64,000 nucleotides of DNA from positions 307,768,001 through 307,832,000 of the forward strand of contig OZ024742.1 of NCBI GenBank assembly GCA_964016885.1. Direction: 5' to 3'. Under the pieces are notes generated by a model. That model ran no database searches and was not told the origin of the DNA. It worked only from the letters and a program-made list of their open reading frames with translations. The DNA comes from Eledone cirrhosa (lineage: Eukaryota). The position numbers and the translations under genes were made by a program. How positions within the stretch are numbered: position 1 is the first letter of the stretch; every line of letters starts with the position of its first letter. Of this stretch, positions 56,036 to 64,000 are shown piece after piece.

Positions 56036-56703
56036 AACTACATTTCTATTCGGTATATAATAAATCGTGCAGTATCGCTACATGTCAAATAGTAAAAAAA
56101 AACAAAAACAAAAAAAAACACTTTTAAAAATAAACAAATATACAAAATAATAAAAGATTTATACAAAGTCTTCTTCCTATTGAAAAGTCTTGTGACAAGT
56201 AACTTTCCACACAACCATGACGTCATCAGAATTATTAATTAAGTGACACACGAACATATATACACACATACACTGATACTATTTATGCAGATACATATGT
56301 AGACAGACATACACAGACTAACACACTAGCAAGCGTACACATACACACAACGATACACCTATATTCATATATATGTAGATAGAGACAAAAACCACGCACA
56401 CACATACAGATACACATACACGCATACACAAAACACACACTAATACATGCACATACACACCGCTACATGTATATAATTATATATGTAGACACAGACAAAA
56501 ACCATGATTACACGCATACACACAGAGACACACAAAGACACACTAATACACGAACATACACACCGATAGAGGTATACACCTATATAATAAGTCAGAGACA
56601 AAAGCCACGAACACAAACATACACACGAATACAAACATACACACGAACCCACACAAACACATATAAAATTATACACATATGTAGAGAGAGGGAGAGAGAG
56701 AGA

Positions 56704-56757
<54 letters not shown>

Positions 56758-57337
56758 GAGTGAGAGAGAGAGAGAAAAGCCACACACACAAACACACATA
56801 TACACACAAACACATACAAATACACGCACATACACTCCGATATACGTAGTCAGAGACAAGAGCCACGAACACACGTATTCACATATATAAACTAGTGTGT
56901 AGGTTATATATGATACACACAGCATATGACTGTTTATAAGGCAAAGAAACTGAATCATTCTTACTGCTGTATACCAATATATGTAGTGACATGTATTGTA
57001 TATTCACCGCATTGAAACTGATATATACTAAATTGATATAAACTACAAATAACATTCGTACAGGAAATAGATGTTGAATGTATATACATTCGTACACATA
57101 TAAACACAAATATAAACCTATATGCATATATATTTACAGAAAAGTAAGGCCTACTAAAGATATTAAATACCGCCCTCCTGGCGTTTATCACCTAGTGTTC
57201 CTATATATATATATTTAAGTTAACGAGGTATCGTTTATGGCAATCCAATAGAGGTTATGAATAAAAACCCTACTGTACAACCGATCCGTGTTATTCTCCA
57301 CTCATTTGTATGTATGTATGTATATATTATAGTAGTG

Positions 57338-57473
57338 CGGATCTAGCTGTCGAGACGTCCGGAGCTCAGCCGTCGGGGTCCTGACTCTTTTCCTTTTACC
57401 CACTCTACTACCATGAGTATCGAGTACTCTGGTGCGTTATGGTCCACTTGGTATCTTACCACAACTTCTTTGT

Positions 57474-57475
<2 letters not shown>
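57338..57475 (+). mobile_element. Single-arm F2 copy
   Basis: cggatctagctgtcga..gagctcagccgtcggggtcctgactc..ggtgcgttat matches 24.7 and 47.2 kb. Confidence 0.75.
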
Positions 57476-57509
<34 letters not shown>

Positions 57510-57666
57510 TACATTACATACATTCAGATTGTTCTAAAAATGTATACATAGTTTGATTACCTGTGCAGGCATTATCTATTAGAATGCAGAACCTTTACTA
57601 AAACTAAAATTATCTAGTCATTATTCAATTGTATGTAAACACCCAAAACGTGAACATAATTTAAAT

Positions 57667-57845
57667 AATTGTTTCTACTTTAGGCACAAGGCCAGCAATT
57701 ACCCAGTACATTACTGGTACTTTATTTTATCGACCCCGTAAGGATGAAAGGCAAAGTTAACCTTGGCGGGAATTGAACTCAAATCGTAAAGGGACGTAAC
57801 TATGCTAGAAAGGATGGCGTCCAACCCTCTACCGATACTGTCAAT
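57667..57845 (-). mobile_element. SINE family A
   Basis: Close match to 6345-6525. Confidence 0.8.
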
Positions 57846-58328
57846 AATGCATATAAAACAGAATTTATTTTATACATTTTTTGTCGTTGACGCGTGTATA
57901 ATTTTTTGGATAACCTTGTATATGTATGTATATACGTATGTATGTTTGTGTGTGTATTTATTTAAGTATGTATTTAGGTATATATCTGTATATATGTGCA
58001 TGTATACATAAGTACATATAAGTTTATATACAAAGTATTACGTCCATTTCAGAATGTTACTAGATGTGAATGAGTATATAACCCCATTAAATACGCGTTT
58101 GTGGTTGTTTTGATGAGGGTACATCTAGGTCCACATATTGTTTAAAAGTATTCATATTTTTCAATTTACAGTTAGATTCGTATTTTCTGACACGCCGACA
58201 TAGTAAATGTGTGTATATTTATATAAACCTTGGTGTAATATTGGCTACCCACTCTGTATACACGCTTCGGCTTTATAATACAGCTCGCTACTGGCACACC
58301 TCTTGATATATATATGTATATATATATA

Positions 58329-59603
58329 CAGGTGTTGGACAAAATAATGGAAACACCTTAACATTTCAAACAAATCTATTCTAATATGGGGTCGGACCGC
58401 CTTTGGCAGTAATTACAGCTTGAATTCTACGAGGTATGGACTCGTACAAAGTTTGAATTGTTTCCAAAAGAATGTTTGTCCATTATTCAGCTAAAACAGT
58501 CTCCCGTTCTTGTAGTGATGGTGGAGGATATCGACTCCTTACTTGTTTTTCTAAAAACCACCATAAATGTTCAATAATATTGAGATCTGGGGACTGTGGT
58601 GGCCAGATAAGATGTTCAACTTCACTAGAATGTTGCTCGTGCCATTCAGTAACAACTTTAGTTGTGTGAATTGGTGCATTATCACCCTGAAAGATTGCGT
58701 TTCCCTCCGGAAACAGTTCCGCAACCATAGTATGAATTTGATCCGATAAAATGCTTAAATAGTCTTGAATATTAATTCTGCCATGAAGGGAAACAATTGG
58801 GCCGGCGGATATGCAAGATATAGCCCCCCCCCCCCAGATCATCACAGATCCTCCTCCATGTTTAACAGTTGGAAGAAGGCAGTCTGTGTCAAAAGCTTCT
58901 TTTGGCTGTCCCCACACGTATACTCGGCCTGTGGTCGGAAATAAGGTAAAGGATGACTCGTCCGAGAAAATAACATTCTTCCACTGCTCTTGGGACCAAT
59001 TCTGTAGGTTTTTACTCCACTCTAAACGCTTTGCAACGTTTGTTCTTGAAAGTAGTGGTTTTCTGATTGCAGCCCTCCCGTGAAATTCAGCTTTGTGCAG
59101 CTCCCGGCGAACAGTTTTTGTGGAAACTGGTTTCTCGAGGTGGTCATTAAGCTCTGTAGTAATTTTGGGAACTGTACTTTTGTGATCCTTTCTAACAATT
59201 CGTGTAACAGTCCGACGGTCCCTATCTGAAAGTTTTGGTTTTCTTCTGGAGTTTTCTTTCGACGACGAGATGTTTCCCTCTTTTTCAAAGGTTGTTATTA
59301 CTTTCGAGACAGTACTTCTTGATACACCAAACATTTCGGCTGTTTTTGTTGCGCTAGCGCCTGCCATACGAGCACCAACAATTTGTCCTCTTTGAAAGTC
59401 CGATAGATCTGTCATTTTAATACATTTTAATTACCTTTTTCTGATGATATCTGAAAAGAAACAGCAATTTTAACAAAACATATTAAGCAACACTAATAAT
59501 AAATAAAAAACATAAAAATAAACAAGCTTTTGACGGTTTTATAGATATTTCAAAATGATGATGCTATGATGCTAGGTGTTTCCATTACTTTGTCCAACCC
59601 CTG
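58329..59603 (-). mobile_element. Tc1-like DNA transposon, DD36E (Incomer-type), full length 1275 bp
   Basis: 30-bp TIRs CAGG(T/G)GTTGGACAAA(A/G)TAATGGAAACACCT (28/30 match), TA flanks, transposase inside. Confidence 0.95.
58381..59415 (-). pseudogene. Tc1-like transposase, 344 codons with one internal stop at 58483-58485
   Basis: HTH N-terminus, FSDES, QGDNAPIH, SPDLNIIE; the frame continues to KGGPTPY*. Confidence 0.92.
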
Positions 59604-59619
59604 TATATATATATATATA

Positions 59620-60135
59620 ATAAATCATGTCTTTAGAATCATCAGATGAAATATATACTATTTCTTCTTCTAATTAGCATAATTAACAATCAGACATCTA
59701 GTTTTTCAATCCGATCCCGCCAAAAATAGATTCAAAAATGGCTAAGAATCGCTATGTGGCTGTGGTCAAGCCAGAAAGAATGTGATTGGTTGCTTACGGC
59801 GGGTAGGCTTGCTGCTAGAAAGCGCAGCCAAATATCGCCAAATTGAATCTCAGCCTATCGGGAGATTATTAAATATAAAGGTTAACATATACATAAAGTT
59901 ATAGATATATATATGTTGCAACTGGTCACTTTTAAGCTCTATGAAGAATTAATAAATTAAAAAATCAGAGCAATATATCATAAATCATGTCTTTAGAATC
60001 ATCAGATAAAATATATACTATTTCTTCTTATTTCTGATTTATGATATATTGCTCTGATTTTTTAATTTATTAATTCTTCATAGAGCTTAAAAGTGACCAG
60101 TTGCAACATATATATATCTATAACTTTATGTTAAC

Positions 60136-60142
<7 letters not shown>
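59620..60142. mobile_element. Composite direct + inverted repeat of a PLE-like terminus
   Basis: 59621-59669 repeated at 59981-60029; about 59874-59987 inverted at 60036-60142; CTGATGA on the minus strand. Confidence 0.6.
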
Positions 60143-60223
<81 letters not shown>

Positions 60224-60229
<6 letters not shown>

Positions 60230-61085
60230 AGGGTTGACGGACCCAGCATATTTATCAATGCCAATACCGGTTGTATCTCAGCGCACTCAATGGGCAATGT
60301 AAGATACATTACCAGAGTATACACAGAGTTATTTGCCTCAACACACGTAAAACGGGTGCCTATAAAGTTCCCGGACTCGAGTTTCTGCCGCACTAATGCA
60401 GCAGTAAGGTGCATTGCACCATCTGTCTGCATATATTATGCAACAATGCACAATCGGCTTATGCGGCTTCATCAGCGGGTATCGCCTAATCAATAACCAA
60501 TCGATCAACAGATTCCAAACACCATCCCATGCCGGTCATGACTGTTTGTGACAACCAACACGGTAAAGCGATTAGCAACTGGCAACTGATAGGACTATCT
60601 CTTAACTAGCCACTGATTTACAAATTTTACGTGGGGATGGGAAGCTAAAAAGAACCAATCTTTTAGTTCCTGTCAGAAGCTCTCAACCAACGTGTCTGAC
60701 ACACAAATTATCAAGGGGTGAAAAGATGGCTATTAGAAATAGCAGTTCACATTGATATAAAATAGAATGGAAGCATTCGGTTCATGTCTCCAAGCCCCAT
60801 GGCTAGAGGAAAGCGATGGTAACAATGGTAGTGCCAAGAACCTTTATCGGACTTTAAATGCGATCATCCATTATATAGCAATATAGTAGCGAGCTGAAAT
60901 GTGTCAGCCACGTGTGTAGATAACCAGTCTAATTCACAACTTAAAAGAGTGAGCGACAAAATTAGTAGCAGGAAAAAGAGTGCATATCAAAACAAAAACA
61001 CAATAAAAAGTGAAAAATTGTTTAACTTACTCTCAATATTCCGCTAGTTGGGAGATAATAATAATAAGGGTTGACGGACCCAGTA
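60224..61085 (-). mobile_element. ORF-less hammerhead element with about 23-bp terminal redundancy (unit 837 bp)
   Basis: ataataagggttgacggacccag at both ends; (TA)n on both flanks; hammerhead at 60370-60479. Confidence 0.65.
60370..60479 (-). ncRNA. Type I hammerhead motif with 83-nt structured stem II
   Basis: CCCG CTGATGA A-GCCGCA..GTGCATTG..CAATGCAC..TGCGGC-A GAAA CTCGAG TC CGGG. Confidence 0.85.
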
Positions 61086-61112
61086 TTCTAATATATATAT
61101 ATATATATTTAT

Positions 61113-61500
61113 ATTAGAATTGGTGCTCTGAAATAGCGATATATATATATGAATGTATATATAGTGTATTTTGCAATACACTGTATGCTTAATTAAAAGC
61201 ATTTTGAAGACCTTACGCTATTGTTTTAGAGTAGTGACTACGTCACTTACTTCTTTTTTCAACAAACAAACAAAGGGGGATAAGCTGACAGATCTCTGTT
61301 TCATACTGTTGGTATTCCTCATAGCTTGTTGAAAATTATGAATGTTGGATTCTTACAGAATTCCAGTAATAATCAGGAACTGATTATACAGAGCGGTTGC
61401 TGGTCCAGCAAACATTGAAAATTAGAATTGGCGCTCTGAAATAGCGATATATATATGAATGTATATATCGCTATTTCAGAGCACCAATTCTAATTTTCAA
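61113..61500. repeat. Direct repeat plus palindrome
   Basis: attagaattgg.gctctgaaatagcgatata at 61113 and 61421, inverted at 61463-61500. Confidence 0.75.
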
Positions 61501-61689
61501 AATACTATGTTTGACATAACGTTTGGCTCTCTTGATAATTTGGTGGCAATAAATAACATTTAAGCACAAAGCACCAGCAGTTCTCGATAGATTCCTCGTA
61601 GTGCCCTGAATGTCTGTCGATATCAACTTGTATCGCCTCTAGCTAATCTCTGGAGGAACTCGCTGGACACAGACTATATTCCTGAAAAT

Positions 61690-62720
61690 CGTCTGTCTCA
61701 GTCTGTCGTTCTAGTTTTCAAAAAAGAAAACATATCCTTTGCAGTGAATTAATGTTCAATTTCACTCACCACTCATATCCTTAAGGTATTTGAGAGGGTG
61801 GTAAGATTTCAATTATCCCACTTCCTCGAAAGCAACAATCTGCTGGGTTCCTTGATGGTAGAGACTACCCAAGTAGCTTCTGCTTCAATTTGATGATATT
61901 CTAAAAGAAGGGCTCCAACATGGTTGTTGTAAACCTTGATTTTAGCAAAGCATTTGATAGAGTTGAGCACAGCGTCTTACTGATAAAACTATCCAACATT
62001 GGAGTCGGTGGAAAGCTACTATATTGGACTAAGACTTTCCTGATTAATAGAGCCCAGTTTGTTATAACCGAAGGAATATGATCAAGCTCAGCCAAAGTCA
62101 GTTGTGGCGTTCCACAATGCACTGTGTTGGGCACACTTCTCTTTATTATTTACATCAATATAAATAAAAGGGTGGTGGATTGGCAGTATCGGTAGAGGGT
62201 CGGACGCCATGATTTGCAGCAAAGAGTTACGGCCTTTTATGGTCTGAGTTCAAATTCCGTCGAGGTTAACTTTGCCTTTCATCCTTACGGGGTCGATAAA
62301 ATAAAGTACCAGTAATACACTGGGATAATTGCTGGCCTTGTGCCAAAAGTAGAAATAATTATTTACATCAATGACACAATAGAAGGTCGTCAACGGAGTG
62401 CGAGACATGTCTTCAATCAGAACATCTGGCTGTTATCCAAAAATATAAAACCAAAACAATATTCTAATAAACGAAGAAAAAATTGAATTAATCCACTTTG
62501 AAAAAAGGATGCAATGAAATTACCACACTTATTTTCATGTGAAACTCACCAGGCACCCAACAACAACAGAGTAATTTTTCAGGACAACCTAAGCTGGCGT
62601 ACTGACATAAATAACGATGTTGATATGGCCCACACGATACGTTCCTGGCTTCTTAGAAGTTTCTGCTCGAAAGATATTTACACCATCATCTTTTTCTTCT
62701 CTGTCTTTTCCCAGCCCCTT
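61690..62720 (+). pseudogene. CR1/L2-group LINE RT remnant interrupted by a SINE
   Basis: LDFSKAFDRVEH..LLIKL..GVGGKLL..GVPQCTVLG.LLFIIYIN|D. Confidence 0.8.
62170..62357 (+). mobile_element. SINE family A with 15-bp target-site duplication
   Basis: A and B boxes; attatttacatcaat at 62145-62159 and 62358-62372. Confidence 0.9.
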
Positions 62721-63048
62721 GTCTTATATGCAAATTAGTATGTCCATTTCAGAATAATACAAAAGAGCAAATGGGTAATATACCCATTAATGTTTCTTTG
62801 TGTTTCTTTGGACTATACACGTTTGCTGATGAGGGCCTAATTAGATCGGAAAATCTGTATATCATTTTTTTAATTTACAGGGACATTTCTATTTTCTGGC
62901 CTCTTGTTACGCCTACATACTAGATATCTGTATATTCAGTATTTATACACCTATTGCAGTCCCAGTTATACACTGTGTATTTATACAGATATACCTTTAT
63001 CATACACTTCAGCTGCTAGCGAACGTCTTACTACACACACACACACAC

Positions 63049-63191
<143 letters not shown>

Positions 63192-63380
63192 CATACATAC
63201 AGACATACATACATACAGACATACCTACATACAGACATACAGACATATCTGGCACCTTAAAAATTCGCAAAACATTCTTGCGATTCAAGGTATGACAATT
63301 TCTTTTCTTTTACAACCTTCGTACCAGAAATGTGGCCAGTCAAAAATGTACTCAACATTAAGAAAAAGAGATACATACAT

Positions 63381-63569
63381 GGTGGCTGCCAACTCGTTTT
63401 CGAGTACGGCCACTACTTTATATCCATGTAGGAGAAACCCTACCGATGCGCTGAACGAGTGTGATGTTTAGTCCAGCCAGCGACTTGAAAACTCTGGTAC
63501 AAACACTACACTTGTGACAGTTATTGACACATAGTGCTGGGCCCAGGTACCATGTCACGACAAGTGCAG
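63381..63569 (-). mobile_element. 5'-truncated RTE-like LINE end with C-terminal zinc-finger remnant
   Basis: HKCSVCTRVFKSLAGL; agagatacatacat duplicated at both ends; related terminus at 26597-26635. Confidence 0.55.
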
Positions 63570-63602
63570 AGAGATACATACATACATACATACATACATA
63601 CA

Positions 63603-63634
<32 letters not shown>

Positions 63635-63659
63635 AACCATCAGAGTCTACCTTTGTATA

Positions 63660-64000
63660 CCATCCGAGTCTACCTCGACTGTTGTGGAAAATACTATCGA
63701 TAATGATAATCAAAAGTATAAACAATTGAAAATTTCCCTCAACGAAATCTTCCAGAGAGAAATTAACTCATGTATAAATATCTCTCTGGTTGAACGTGTT
63801 AAAATGACAATGGTGAATAAAAAAACAAATAATGAAATACTACGTGTTATTGACGAAATAGGGGATGAATATTTACGACGGATAAAACCCCCAACATTTT
63901 AGCAAATCAACGCCTGTTTATATGCCTTAGCAATGACAGTGAAGCATTATCTTGGTGATAGCAGAGATATTAACTAGAACAAAACACCACCAAAAATACT
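63660..64000 (+). pseudogene. Possible N-terminal region of an R4/Dong-like LINE ORF
   Basis: The frame continues past a stop into QINACLYALAMTV, resembling the N.L.YA.A motif; runs off the window. Confidence 0.35.

Noticed and set aside
56060-56235. CTGATGA on the minus strand at 56223-56229 (also 6020, 31195 and 59640/60000)
   Set aside because: No properly placed GAAA-stem III-UH-stem I closure could be found.
58035-62920. Related repeats at 58035-58200 and 62738-62920 with (C/T)TGATGAGGG as further long-stem hammerheads
   Set aside because: The GAAA and stem I halves are too degenerate to call.

Overview
AT-rich eukaryotic intergenic or intronic DNA. I infer a cephalopod (octopus-like) genome from the SINE types and microsatellite density. 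No host gene can be supported; the window is almost entirely microsatellites and mobile DNA. (1) A 15-kb head-to-tail array (8.55-23.8 kb) holds seven Tx1/L1-clade LINE insertions from several diverged subfamilies. All are in one orientation and each junction lies in (TATC)n, which suggests a GATA-microsatellite-specific retrotransposon. (2) A dense set of Penelope-like (PLE) remnants sits in (TA)n and carries type I hammerhead ribozyme motifs of about eight families. Several have long structured stem II inserts, several insertions are palindromes folded at stem II, and two are ORF-less, terminally redundant, retrozyme-like units. (3) Other elements: a nearly intact DD36E Tc1-like transposon, a twin-primed RTE LINE, RLE-type and CR1-type LINE fragments, many tRNA-derived SINEs and a decayed intron-containing tRNA-Lys-like sequence. 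All structures were read by eye and most boundaries are approximate.
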